DNA of 64,000 bases from Bdellovibrionales bacterium (GCA_965262715.1 OZ253553.1:544001-608000); one strand, 5' to 3'. Positions 51,656 to 62,358 are shown, numbered from the stretch's first letter. The notes: generated by a model not told the origin, from the letters alone. Numbers and translations: made by a program.

Positions 51656-52894
51656 ATGAAAAACTTCAGACTCATTGTTTATTTTATCTTGTCTATATTA
51701 TCATTAAGTACATCTTTAAACTGTTTTGCCTCCAAAGATGCACCTGCTTTAAAACCAAACAAAAAAAGTAACAGACAAATAGCTTATACAATAGATTCTG
51801 AAAATCAAAAAATCATTGTCGAACATCTTTCAAAATCTTGGTCTGAAGACTTAGGAGTTATATGGGGTTTTGACTTTCTTCCTTTACCTAGGGGTGCTGA
51901 TCAGGATCTTCCAAGATTGATTGTTACGGAAAGGGGTGGGAGTATGTACTTTCTTTCTTTAACAAATGGTCATCAGGAACCTATTTCTGGTCTTCCTCAA
52001 ACGGTAGAGGTGGGTCAAGGAGGATTGATGGATGTGAAGCTTCATCCTCAGTTTGCTAAAAATAAATTAGTTTTTTTTTCTTATGTGGCTAGGTATGAGG
52101 GGGGTACAGGAACAATTGTTGCTAGAGCTAAGCTGCAAGGGTCAAAATTAAGAGATATTAAGACTTTATTCAAATCATCTCCTCCTGGATCAAGCGGCCG
52201 TCATTTTGGTTGTCGTATTGTGTTTAAAAACGGTAAAGTCTACTTTGCTATAGGTGATAGAGGAGATAGGCATAAAGCGCAAGACCTAAGTTATCCTAAC
52301 GGGAAAGTCTATCGTATTTATGAAGACGGTTCTATTCCGGAGGACAATCCTTTTGTAGGAAGGGAATTAAAGAATGGACGTAAGGCTTTACCTGCTATTT
52401 GGAGTTATGGACATCGAAATCCACAGGGGTTGGCAGTACATCCGCACACAGGTCAGCTTTGGGAACAGGAACATGGGCCAAGAGGCGGTGATGAAATTAA
52501 CCTCATTCAAAAGGGGAGGAATTATGGTTGGCCTGTGATCACTTACGGAAAAGAGTACTGGGGGCCTTCTATTGGAACAACTCATAAAAAAGGAATGGAG
52601 CAACCTATAAAATTTTATGTTCCATCTATTGCCCCTAGCTCTTTAATGATCTATTCAGGCCGTTTATTTGCCAATTGGAAGGGTGATTTTTTTTCAACAG
52701 CTTTAAAAAACCCTTATATTAGTCGTGTTGTGATAAAAAATAAGAAGAAGTCTAGTCAAGTGAGTTTTAAAGTTGTCAAAGAGGAGTCTATTTTAAATGA
52801 CTTTCCTCATAGGATCCGGCATATAAGTGAGTCTCCTAATGGGCAGATTATTTTTTCTACTGATTCAGGGCACTTTTATAGATTGAAGCTATAA
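51656..52894 (+). CDS. PQQ-dependent soluble aldose/glucose dehydrogenase (YliI-like)
   Basis: GQGGLMDV, RHFG, YGHRNPQG and EHGPRGGDEIN. Confidence 0.9.
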   Translation: MKNFRLIVYFILSILSLSTSLNCFASKDAPALKPNKKSNRQIAYTIDSENQKIIVEHLSKSWSEDLGVIWGFDFLPLPRGADQDLPRLIVTERGGSMYFLSLTNGHQEPISGLPQTVEVGQGGLMDVKLHPQFAKNKLVFFSYVARYEGGTGTIVARAKLQGSKLRDIKTLFKSSPPGSSGRHFGCRIVFKNGKVYFAIGDRGDRHKAQDLSYPNGKVYRIYEDGSIPEDNPFVGRELKNGRKALPAIWSYGHRNPQGLAVHPHTGQLWEQEHGPRGGDEINLIQKGRNYGWPVITYGKEYWGPSIGTTHKKGMEQPIKFYVPSIAPSSLMIYSGRLFANWKGDFFSTALKNPYISRVVIKNKKKSSQVSFKVVKEESILNDFPHRIRHISESPNGQIIFSTDSGHFYRLKL

Positions 52895-53052
52895 TAGGCT
52901 CAAATAGATTCAAAATTATAAAAAGAATATGTATTATGATAGACAAGCTATAAAGATTCTTGATAAGAGGTATTATTATAGTATATGATTATTATATTAA
53001 TATTAAAAATCACTGATACATTTAAACCTTTAGTATTGAGGAGGGTCATATT

Positions 53053-53757
53053 GTGAAATATTTTAAGAATTTAAATCTTTTAATTTTACTTTTATTTGTT
53101 ATGTCTGCTTCTGTGTCGTGCAGTCATGGAAATGGAAAAAGGGATAAGCACAAAAGTCATAAAAGCATGTGGAAAAAGATGGATGTCAATAAAGACCATC
53201 AAGTTTCACATGAAGAGTTTATGAAAGCTCACGAGAAAAAATTCAAAAAGATGGATGCCGATGGTGATGGCAAAGTATCAAAGGCAGAGAAAAAGGCATG
53301 GAAGAAAAAGAAACACAAGAAACACAAGAAACAACATACCGCATGTAAAGAGGGATGTACTTGTGAAAAATGTGAAAAGAAACGCCATAAGAAGCATATG
53401 TGGAAAAAGATGGATGCTGATAAAGATGGCCATGTTTCACGTGAGGAGTTCATAGGTGCTCATGAGCGTAAATTCAAAAAGATGGATGCTGATGGCGATG
53501 GTATGATCACTAAGGCGGAAAAAAAGGCATGGAAGAAAAAGAAGCATAAGAAGCACAAAAAGGAAAAATCTGAGTCTTCTGATGATACAGCAGCTGAAGC
53601 AAAAGATGAGTCCAAATCAGAGGATAATAAGGGAGAGAAAGAAGAAGCTGAAGCTGAAGCTGAAGAAGAAAAGGCTGAAAGTAAGACTGATGAGAGTGCT
53701 AGTGCTGACAAAGACAAAGAAGATTCAGACACCACTACAACTACTCAAAAATCATAA
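53053..53757 (+). CDS. EF-hand lipoprotein with His/Lys-rich repeats and a Cys cluster
   Basis: Four DxxxDGx-type loops, KKKKHKKHKK twice, CKEGCTCEKC and an acidic tail. Confidence 0.8.
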   Translation: MKYFKNLNLLILLLFVMSASVSCSHGNGKRDKHKSHKSMWKKMDVNKDHQVSHEEFMKAHEKKFKKMDADGDGKVSKAEKKAWKKKKHKKHKKQHTACKEGCTCEKCEKKRHKKHMWKKMDADKDGHVSREEFIGAHERKFKKMDADGDGMITKAEKKAWKKKKHKKHKKEKSESSDDTAAEAKDESKSEDNKGEKEEAEAEAEEEKAESKTDESASADKDKEDSDTTTTTQKS

Positions 53758-53792
53758 AGTTTTGATTTATTTATGTGATCTAGAAAAATAAT

Positions 53793-53821
53793 TGCCCATT
53801 TTGTTACATACAAAGTGGGCA
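53793..53821 (+). terminator. Hairpin downstream of the EF-hand gene
   Basis: tgcccattttgt-tacat-acaaagtgggca; no immediate U tract. Confidence 0.4.
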
Positions 53822-53984
53822 TAGATCATAAAAATCTTTTTTTTAAGTAGACATAACTAGACAGTTGAATACTTGTTTATCTATTTCTCTCCTCTTCTCC
53901 ACTTATATCATTAGTATTTGACATGTCTTTTTCATTTAGATTGCTATCATTACTATATATGAATTCTTTATCCTAAGTGGTGAT

Positions 53985-54067
53985 ATTGATGGTGTTAATC
54001 GCCTGAGCTAATTGTCCAAAAATTGTCAGAGACTCGTCTCAAGAGACCAGTTCATTTTTAGTGAAAC
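53985..54067 (+). repeat. Partial family D element (3' half)
   Basis: cgcctgagct...gtcagagactcgtctcaagagaccagttcatttttagtgaaac. Confidence 0.7.
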
Positions 54068-54899
54068 GAATTAAGTGCAAAAATTTAAAGTTACTGATGA
54101 CAGATACAGCTTGACGGATGACCGGTTGCTCGAATGCCAGAAGAAGATAAAGACTTAGTAAGATATAACTTGGAATTTCAAGAGCTTATCATGAAATGGC
54201 AACAGCCCTTAGTTATTTTTCAAATAATTAAAGCAAAACATCATGAAGCTATGGACTATTTTATTAATTAGAGCTATTTCTTTGCTTATTTCAAATAAAC
54301 CAATTACTAATTTATACATTAGCTCTAAAAAATTATAAACTTTCAAAAAGAGAGGTATATATATGAGGTTATTTATCTTTTTATTCTTAACTGTCACAAG
54401 TTTAAGTATGGCAGAAGCACAAAATACAAGCTGCCCACGGCTTGCAGAAGGTTCGACAACACATAAAGTCTCAATGCAATGTTTTTTTTATGGACCTCAA
54501 ATATCGATGGAATATGGAAGCATTTACTTTAATATAGCAAGAGATGATCATGAGGTTCTTTTGCTTCTGCTGCGGGTTCAAAGAACTGAAAGAAATAGAT
54601 ATACACCAGATAAAATGAGAAATTTGATAGAATACTTAGTATTGAATATCCACAGGCAGTTATGGAAAGATTTTACCTTCTGGAGAAAAATATTACCTGA
54701 AGAAGCTGTAGCCAAGATGTTAGAGGTGCGCAAAGAATTCACCGATAGATTTACAGATATTGAGAGGGTTAATGATGAGGCATCCAATGATTTTGTTTTA
54801 TCTTTCTCTAGAGATTTCTCACAGTCCAAATTAGATGAGCTGCATGACTGGCTTGTTAATAATAAAATAGGAGACTTCAACGAACAACTTGATCCACTT

Positions 54900-56855
54900 C
54901 CCGACTTCGTCATATTGCGCATGCGTCATTCAATGATTACAATAGCTTATGTAGTTCAGGGGTCACTACACTTTTTGTTGATTTGATGGAATTTTACGAG
55001 AATATATTTAACTTATTGGAAACTCTTTTTCTCCTAAGAATCTTGCTTGAGTGAATTTGATATTAAGAGCTTCATAAATTTGTTTATGAAGACTTGTGAT
55101 GTTTGAAGGTAAAATGAATCTCTTGTTCGTCGTCTTATCTAATACAATACTATATTGTATAATCTTTAACTCATCCCTAAGTCTCTTGAAGCTAAGATCA
55201 ATGTTCTTCTGTTTTAATTGAAATTTAATAAAGGTCAGTACACTATATGCTATATAACAAATTAAAATATGAGCCCTAATTCTTCTCGGTGTCCAATGGT
55301 AGATAGGACGCATCTTAAGGTCATGCTTATTAACTCTAAAAGCATTCTCTATCTGCCATAAACCCTTGTATCTTTCTAAGACCTCTGATGGTTTTAAATC
55401 CTCTGGTTTATGATTAGTGATAACTCCGTGAATACCATCCCATTGAGCCTCTTCATCTATCTTCTCTTGATTTAAAGTTGCTTCTTGTTTATTCTTCCTA
55501 TCAATCTTAAGATACTTCTTAGTTCCTGTATTCTTTATAAGACTCGATAAAGATATCTTACCCTCATGCATCTGTCTTTTAAGCCTCTCAATAAGATTTA
55601 AACGATTCTTCTCATCTTGATAAGCTCTATCCTTACTATAACTTATAATTAATCTCTGATTCTCATATTCATAACTCTTACTAAAAAAAGACTTGTTAGG
55701 CATCTGCCTCCGACTCTCTTGTACATCTGTAACTATCTGGGACTTCATAGCTCTAGACATTGTCTTTAGCTTAGCAGCTACTATAAACTTAGTCCCCTTC
55801 TCATGTAGAGCTTGTAAGTTTTGCCTTGTAAACATCGCCCTATCTGCTACTATGGATACATCTAAAATACTATATGTCTTCTCAATCTTTTCTATAACTC
55901 TGATCAATGTCTTACCTTCATACGTATTACCCGGGAAAAGCTCATAACCTACAGGAAGACCTTCTACACTTGTCATAAGAGCTAGTACCACTTGAGTCTC
56001 TTTCACCTTATTGTCTTTGCTATAACCACATAACCGAAGTGTATCCGGATCAAAACTCTCAAAATATAATGTCGTCACATCAAAAAATAAAACATGTACT
56101 TCTTCCTCTAATAAACTCAATGTCCTACGAAACATCCTTGCTTTTATCTCATCCTCTCTCTTATACAGCTTATCCATCATCCGATACACTTTATTTAAAT
56201 CAAATTGCTGATAACGATGTCTTTCTATATCTTTAACACTTTTTCTCTTACTCGATGGATCACTTAAGCGAGCAAGAACAATCTCTTTTAAAAGCGTATT
56301 AAACTCTCCTGTCTTATAACCATCTCCTATAATCTTATGAAGCTCTAATTGCTCAAAAGACTTGCCAAATACATCTTCTATACCTTGATGAACACGAGCC
56401 TTCTCTTTTAAAGTTTCTAAACATACCAAGTTATCAGGAATATTCTGTCTCTTTTTTTGAGGTGTATGTACTGACTCCAAACCTTCAAAAGTAGGGTTAA
56501 TTTCATTCTTTATCTTTATAACCATCTCCTCACCTATCTTTTGAAATCTTGAAATCTCCTTAACTTTATCCTTATGAGTATGCCCTATACAGCAGACATT
56601 CTTTTGTTTCATCTTTCCATTGATCCGTTTATTCTCAACGATCCTTACGGAAACATGGTCATTTGGTCTTTTTACAAGGCGGACAAACATGCTCATAAAA
56701 ATAAAATCGCAATATTAAAAAGCTCTGTCAATAGCAAGGGACACTACAAGAAACAACAAAAATTAAAAAAAATGAAAATCCCGAATTGATAAGCTTCCTA
56801 AGAACTCAAAACGTACTTATCAATATCAAAAGTAAACGAAAATGACGAAGTCAGG
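54900..56855 (-). mobile_element. IS1634-family insertion sequence, 1956 bp
   Basis: TIRs cccgacttcgtcat / atgacgaagtcagg (13 of 14 match); exact 38-bp direct repeat at 54862-54899 and 56856-56893. Confidence 0.92.
55008..56696 (-). CDS. IS1634-family DDE transposase
   Basis: FFDVTTLYFE, GYSKD, VADRAM, YKGLWQIENAFR and MRPIYHW. Confidence 0.93.
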   Translation of the reverse strand: MSMFVRLVKRPNDHVSVRIVENKRINGKMKQKNVCCIGHTHKDKVKEISRFQKIGEEMVIKIKNEINPTFEGLESVHTPQKKRQNIPDNLVCLETLKEKARVHQGIEDVFGKSFEQLELHKIIGDGYKTGEFNTLLKEIVLARLSDPSSKRKSVKDIERHRYQQFDLNKVYRMMDKLYKREDEIKARMFRRTLSLLEEEVHVLFFDVTTLYFESFDPDTLRLCGYSKDNKVKETQVVLALMTSVEGLPVGYELFPGNTYEGKTLIRVIEKIEKTYSILDVSIVADRAMFTRQNLQALHEKGTKFIVAAKLKTMSRAMKSQIVTDVQESRRQMPNKSFFSKSYEYENQRLIISYSKDRAYQDEKNRLNLIERLKRQMHEGKISLSSLIKNTGTKKYLKIDRKNKQEATLNQEKIDEEAQWDGIHGVITNHKPEDLKPSEVLERYKGLWQIENAFRVNKHDLKMRPIYHWTPRRIRAHILICYIAYSVLTFIKFQLKQKNIDLSFKRLRDELKIIQYSIVLDKTTNKRFILPSNITSLHKQIYEALNIKFTQARFLGEKEFPIS

Positions 56856-57072
56856 ATAAAATAGGAGACTTCAACGAACAACTTGATCCACTTGCAAACA
56901 ATTGCCCTATAACAGGTGATTTGAGTCCGATTTTGGAATCTACACAAGAGTGTGCAGTATGGAATAGCATTAATCAAAATGCAGAGCCGAACTTTTAATA
57001 ACATCAGAATTGGGTTAAAAAAGAACTAGTTACAAGTCTTCTTTAAACCATATCTTACATTCCAAAGAAAAG

Positions 57073-57669
57073 TTAACTACTTACGGGGGAAATAACTGAT
57101 CTTTTTTCATCCCACTTATTTTTATAAGTGTTTTCTGAAGGTATTTGTTGATCTCTGTTGAAAAAAGTTTGTGGAACCATTTCCTGTTGTTGCATCATCA
57201 TTGGTGTTGAAACTTCAGGCAGCGCGCTGATTTGTTCATTAAGCAGTTGTAGATGGGCTTGAAGTAAGGCTCTTAAATTTGCCTCAATTTGGACTTTAGT
57301 CCTCTTTAACTCACCGATCTCATAATAAATACGTTTTAGAGACTCCTTTGCATCACGAATAATAAAATCGGCCTTTTGTTGAGCATCGTTAATAATGAGC
57401 TTACCTTCACGATCACATTCTTCCCTAATTTTTTGACTCATTTTTTGAGCGGTCTCTATAGTGTTTTTAAGAGCTTTATCTTGGTCTTTGTGCTTTAAAA
57501 TCTGGGTTTCTCTATCTCTTAGAGTTTCTTTGAGATTGTTATTTTCCCTAATAAGTCTCTCCATTTCATGTGTAACAAATTGCAAAAACTCTGAGACTTC
57601 TTCAGTGTTGTAACCAAGCATCTTTTTATTAAAGGTTTTATGTGCAATATCTTTTGGAATGATTTTCAT
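57073..57669 (-). CDS. DivIVA-domain protein
   Basis: PKDIAHKTFNKKMLGYNTEEVSEFL followed by a coiled coil. Confidence 0.88.
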   Translation of the reverse strand: MKIIPKDIAHKTFNKKMLGYNTEEVSEFLQFVTHEMERLIRENNNLKETLRDRETQILKHKDQDKALKNTIETAQKMSQKIREECDREGKLIINDAQQKADFIIRDAKESLKRIYYEIGELKRTKVQIEANLRALLQAHLQLLNEQISALPEVSTPMMMQQQEMVPQTFFNRDQQIPSENTYKNKWDEKRSVISPVSS

Positions 57670-57830
57670 ATCTGCCCCCTTATGATATTAAAGTAACCTT
57701 TAATATTATGATATAAAATGTCTATTTATGAAGCAACTACTATTAAATAAACAAAAACTTTTTTTAGATTTTAAAGCGTGTTAAGTTGTTTTTTGTAAAA
57801 TGAAGTATAAAAAATGCAAAGAGAGAAAAA

Positions 57831-58727
57831 GTGCCTATTATCAAAGAAAACATAAACTTATCTCCTTATTCTGCATGGCGTGTGGGAGGATATGCTGATT
57901 TCTTTGCTGAACCTCAAAGTATTGAGGATATTAAGTGGATAGAGACACAATCAAAAAATCAAAAATGGCCAATAACCATTATCGGAGGAGGTACAAATTG
58001 CCTGATTTCTGATGATGGTTTAAAAGGTCTAGTTATTTCCTTAAAAAAACTGGTAGGCATCACCTCTTTTGTAGAAGATGACTTCTTAAAAATTGAATGC
58101 CTTGCTGGGACACCTAAACTTCTCTTAATGAAGAAACTTTTAAAATATCAGTTAGCACCTGCTATTTTTTTATCAGGTATTCCTGGTTGTGTAGGAGGAG
58201 GAGTTGTAATGAATGCAGGTGTGAGTGAAAATATAATGCCTTACGAGTTTTCTCAAATTGTTGATTGGATTGATATCGTTTATGACTATCAGGTTGTTCG
58301 AAAAAAACATTCTGATATAAAATGGTCTTATCGAAGTTCAGGAGGTTGGCAGCCGGGAATTATAACTCGTGTTGGGTTTAAGTGGCCACTTCAGCCTATA
58401 GAACATCTATCTCAAAAAGTTAAACAGGCAAGAGATATGAGGTTATCAAAACAACCTTTAAAGGATGCCAGTTGTGGCTCCACATTTATTAATCCTAAAA
58501 AACACACAAAGCTTAGTGCTGGACAGCTTATTGAACAAAGTGGACTTAAAGGGTTTCAAATAGGCCAAGCTAAAGTTTCTGATAAACATGCTAATTTCAT
58601 TGTCAACTTAGGAAAAGCAACAGCGTGGGACATTCATTCGGTTATTTCTCATGTTCAAAAATCTGTTTACGACAAAACAGGGATTCTCCTCCAAACAGAG
58701 ATTAAGTATTTAGGAAACTGGGAGTAG
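57831..58727 (+). CDS. murB: UDP-N-acetylmuramate dehydrogenase
   Basis: IGGGTN, GIPGCVGGGVVMNAG, SCGSTFINP and KHANF. Confidence 0.95.
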   Translation: MPIIKENINLSPYSAWRVGGYADFFAEPQSIEDIKWIETQSKNQKWPITIIGGGTNCLISDDGLKGLVISLKKLVGITSFVEDDFLKIECLAGTPKLLLMKKLLKYQLAPAIFLSGIPGCVGGGVVMNAGVSENIMPYEFSQIVDWIDIVYDYQVVRKKHSDIKWSYRSSGGWQPGIITRVGFKWPLQPIEHLSQKVKQARDMRLSKQPLKDASCGSTFINPKKHTKLSAGQLIEQSGLKGFQIGQAKVSDKHANFIVNLGKATAWDIHSVISHVQKSVYDKTGILLQTEIKYLGNWE

Positions 58728-58739
58728 GGAGATACTTCT

Positions 58740-59370
58740 CTGTTTCCCTAAAAATGAACTGGTCTCTGACCATTTTTGGGCAATCAGCCTGACGGTTAGC
58801 ACCGTCAGTAAAATGCTGATTACCTCAAAAACTTGTTCATTTTTAGGAGGGAGACTCTCCTCGTTTTTTGACAAAATGTTAAGGAAAATTTCCTCTTATC
58901 GTCTCCTCCCTTTACAAATTACACCAAATCTTTTCATACCAACTTAAAATTTGATGTTTATGGCAAAAACAAGTTCTTTCACAGAGCGATAGCTCGAGGA
59001 CTACTCGGATTTGCCATAAATATCAAATCAAAGCCTTCAAAGATTTTTTCCTGTTTTTCTAAAAAAACAACACTTCCCTGGCCTCTCGAGGCGAGCCTCT
59101 CGAGGCGAGCCTCTCGAGACAAGTCTCTGGCCACTTTCTGGCGATGCCCCCGACGACTCCGTCGGTAAAATGGTCATCGCCTAGAAAGCTTGACTATTTT
59201 TAGGAGGGAGATACCCCTCGTCTCTTTACAAGATGTTAAGGAAATCGTTTACTTACTTTCTCTCCTTACAAATCACACTAAATCTTTATATCTAGATATC
59301 TAGATTAAAGTTTGCCATAAACATCAAACCAAAGCTATTAAGGGGTTTCTTATTTTTTCTAAAAAATAAT
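58740..59370 (-). repeat. Two tandem, diverged family D elements with a shared extended flank
   Basis: Cores at 58740-58890 and 59079-59248; both are followed by ttacaaat.acac.aaatcttt...tttgccataaa.atcaaa.caaagc. Confidence 0.8.
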
Positions 59371-59483
59371 CTCTACATAACTGTGTCAAAAAGAGTCAAT
59401 AAAAAGAGTTGAGCAAAAGTTTTAACTCTAAAGTAACCGATATATTTGAGAGAAAAATAGATACTTAAAGGAATAAGTGGATA

Positions 59484-61598
59484 ATGAAATTAAAAGTTTC
59501 CCAGTTAGAAACACCTCTGCAAGAAATTTGTTTCTTATTAACAGTAATGATGGCTATTTTCACTGTTGTAGGAGGCATGATTTTTCTTCTAACTCCTGTT
59601 GAAGAACTTCATACATTTTTTGGTGTATTAGGAACGAATTTCCTTTTTCAAATCTTTCACATCTTAGGACTTTCAACTTTTTTGATCTCTGTCAGCATTC
59701 TTTATATAGGTGGAAATATGACAGCTAGATGCCATCAGCTTTCAGATATTCCTAGAAATTATCTCTTTTTTAGCTCACAAGTGCTCTTTCATAGTTGTTT
59801 TTTAATCCTAATTTCTAGTCTTTTTACAGTTTTGCAATTGCATTTTCAATACCTAACTCTCGATCGCTTGCAACAAGGAGCTGGAGGGATCATTGGTCAA
59901 ACTACAGGAGGTATTCTTTATGATAACTTTGGCCTTTATGGTGCTTTAACAGTATTAGTTTGTACTGCTCTCATTGTTGGTATTACTTCTGGACAAATAG
60001 CTCTTGTTAACATTCTATTATGGATTAAAGATCATATTCAGATATCCATTTCTTACGTTCTTTCTACCTTTAAAATGGGATTTAAATATGTCTTATTTCA
60101 TTTAAATAGTGTCACTAAAAAAATAGGATTAGACTTTTATCCTAAAGCATCTCTTGTTTCTCCTCTTAATGTTGTTCAAAATGAAGATTATCAAAAAGGA
60201 CATAATTCTTTAAAAAAACAATATCTTCAAGATATTATCTCTGATAGTGAGGATAGCATCGATGATGAAGGCGATATAAAAGAAGAAGAAGATAAATATG
60301 AAAAAAATCAACGGCAAGTTTCATCAAAAGAAGATCTATCTAAACGAAAAGCCACAAAGAAAGCTGAATCTCCACAAAAAGAAATCCGAGAAGATCAAGA
60401 TAGTCAAGGTCTTTCTATCACTGTGAAAAAATGGGTGAAATCCTATAAAAAACCTGACGTTAATTTACTGAGCTCTCCGCAAAAAATGCCTAAGAAAACA
60501 GATAATCAATCCAAAAATCTTGAAGAATGCCTTCAAAATTTTCAAGTTTCTGGTAAAGTTGTGAATTTTCATGTTGGAGCTACACTTACAATGTATGAGT
60601 TCCAGCCTAATTCTGGAGTTAAAGTCAGTAAAATCTCAAATCTTAGCGATGATTTAGCTCTCTTATTAGGTGCAAAGTCAATTCGTATACTCACACCTAT
60701 TCCTGGTAAAATGACTGTGGGTATTGAGGTACCTAATAAAAATCCTTATATGGTTTCTTTTAGGCAAATGGTTCAACCTATGCAAAAAAGTAGAAAACAG
60801 CTGCCATTAGCATTAGGATTGGATGTTTATAATCAAGCTATCATAGAAGATTTATGTGACATGCCCCATCTTTTAGTATCTGGAACAACTGGTTCTGGTA
60901 AAAGTGTATTTATCAATACAGCTATCAATAGCCTTTTATTTAATAAGTCTCCCAAATATCTTAGATTTCTTATGATCGATCCGAAGATGATTGAATTAAA
61001 TCCATATAATAGAATTCCTCATTTGCTTTATCCTGTTGTTACAGACCTTACAGAAGCAAAAGATGTACTGTGCTGGGCAGAAAAAGAAATGGATATGCGT
61101 TATCAGAAATTTTCTGACCTTCATTCTCGAAATATTGATTCTTTTAATGAAACTATTAAAAAAGATTCTAAAAAGACAGCGCAAAGACGTGCAGGAAGAG
61201 AATTTCAATGGGAATGGGCTGAACTGCCTTATATTGTTATTGTTATTGACGAGCTAGCAGACCTCATGATCACTCAAGGCAAATTAGTCGAATTGCCAAT
61301 CACTCGTATTGCTCAAAAAGCAAGAGCATGTGGTATTCACATGATCATGGCCACCCAAAGACCTTCTGCTGAAATTGTGACTGGATTGATAAAGACAAAC
61401 TTCCCTACACGTATCGCTTTTAAAGTTTCTTCATCCATAGATTCTCGAACAATCTTAGATTCAACAGGAGCTGAAAAACTTTCAGGAAATGGTGATATGC
61501 TTTTCATGAAACAAGGGCAGAATATTGAACGCTTGCAAGGTTGTTTCCTCTCGGAGGGAGAAGTTAAAAAAGTCAATGATTTTCTTAAATCATCATAA
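59484..61598 (+). CDS. ftsK: DNA translocase FtsK (TM + motor; no gamma domain visible)
   Basis: PHLLVSGTTGSGKS, IDPK, VIDELADLM, ATQRPS and DSRTILD. Confidence 0.92.
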   Translation: MKLKVSQLETPLQEICFLLTVMMAIFTVVGGMIFLLTPVEELHTFFGVLGTNFLFQIFHILGLSTFLISVSILYIGGNMTARCHQLSDIPRNYLFFSSQVLFHSCFLILISSLFTVLQLHFQYLTLDRLQQGAGGIIGQTTGGILYDNFGLYGALTVLVCTALIVGITSGQIALVNILLWIKDHIQISISYVLSTFKMGFKYVLFHLNSVTKKIGLDFYPKASLVSPLNVVQNEDYQKGHNSLKKQYLQDIISDSEDSIDDEGDIKEEEDKYEKNQRQVSSKEDLSKRKATKKAESPQKEIREDQDSQGLSITVKKWVKSYKKPDVNLLSSPQKMPKKTDNQSKNLEECLQNFQVSGKVVNFHVGATLTMYEFQPNSGVKVSKISNLSDDLALLLGAKSIRILTPIPGKMTVGIEVPNKNPYMVSFRQMVQPMQKSRKQLPLALGLDVYNQAIIEDLCDMPHLLVSGTTGSGKSVFINTAINSLLFNKSPKYLRFLMIDPKMIELNPYNRIPHLLYPVVTDLTEAKDVLCWAEKEMDMRYQKFSDLHSRNIDSFNETIKKDSKKTAQRRAGREFQWEWAELPYIVIVIDELADLMITQGKLVELPITRIAQKARACGIHMIMATQRPSAEIVTGLIKTNFPTRIAFKVSSSIDSRTILDSTGAEKLSGNGDMLFMKQGQNIERLQGCFLSEGEVKKVNDFLKSS

Positions 61599-61643
61599 TA
61601 TAATTATATAATTTCATATCTTATAAAATAGAGTAGGCAAAAA

Positions 61644-62243
61644 ATGCAGAGTAAATGGGTAAATGAAAGTTTCACTTATGACGGATATCAACTGAGATCC
61701 TCATTTGGGTATTCACAATATGGTATATTAGGTGACTCTTTAATAAGCTGGAGAGGATCTTGCGACGTACAAAGAGATCATATTGTGGATATAGAAGACT
61801 TGTTGAACAAATCAGAGATTCATAGCCAAGAGATGGTTCATTTTATTATTGAAATGTTTAATCAGCCATTATCTACTGCTGTTGCTTACCAACGCCTGTT
61901 TGTCACATTAACTAAAGATGTGATTTGTCAGTTCTTATCTGAAATACCTCATAACAACATTCCATCTCATCTAACAAAGTTCTATGATAAGCTCAAAAGA
62001 AAAGGAGATGATCTCTATTTTGAGGATAAAAAAATAAATGTGAGTGTTGCAACAACAAGTCCTATCTCTAGTTTAATACATGTTGGAGTGAATGTTATTT
62101 CTAAGGGAACACCTGTACCTACAATGGGGTTAAATGATTTCAATATAGATCCTTATGAGTTTTCAAAAAAGATCATGGACTGTTTTGTGGAAGAGTACAA
62201 CTCTATGAAAAAGGCTATGTGTAAAGTCAAATGGGTCCGCTGA
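61644..62243 (+). CDS. DUF366-family protein
   Basis: YDGYQL, VDIED, MVHFIIE, RKGDDLY and KINVSVAT.SPIS.LIHVGVN. Confidence 0.75.
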   Translation: MQSKWVNESFTYDGYQLRSSFGYSQYGILGDSLISWRGSCDVQRDHIVDIEDLLNKSEIHSQEMVHFIIEMFNQPLSTAVAYQRLFVTLTKDVICQFLSEIPHNNIPSHLTKFYDKLKRKGDDLYFEDKKINVSVATTSPISSLIHVGVNVISKGTPVPTMGLNDFNIDPYEFSKKIMDCFVEEYNSMKKAMCKVKWVR

Positions 62244-62358
62244 TTTTTTATTTTTCAAAAACAGACTTGAAGAAAGCTGAAACCTAGATATGCTCCGAAG
62301 ATTATGTCAATATAATGGAGTTTAGACTTTAGAGCCTAGAGTGAATTTGTTGATAAGC

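Larger units (their letters stand above)
54363..56998 (+). pseudogene. Secreted hypothetical protein interrupted by the IS (54363-54899 + 56894-56998)
   Basis: Removing the IS and one duplicate restores ...NEQLDPL-ANNCPITGD...NAEPNF* (213 aa). Confidence 0.8.
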
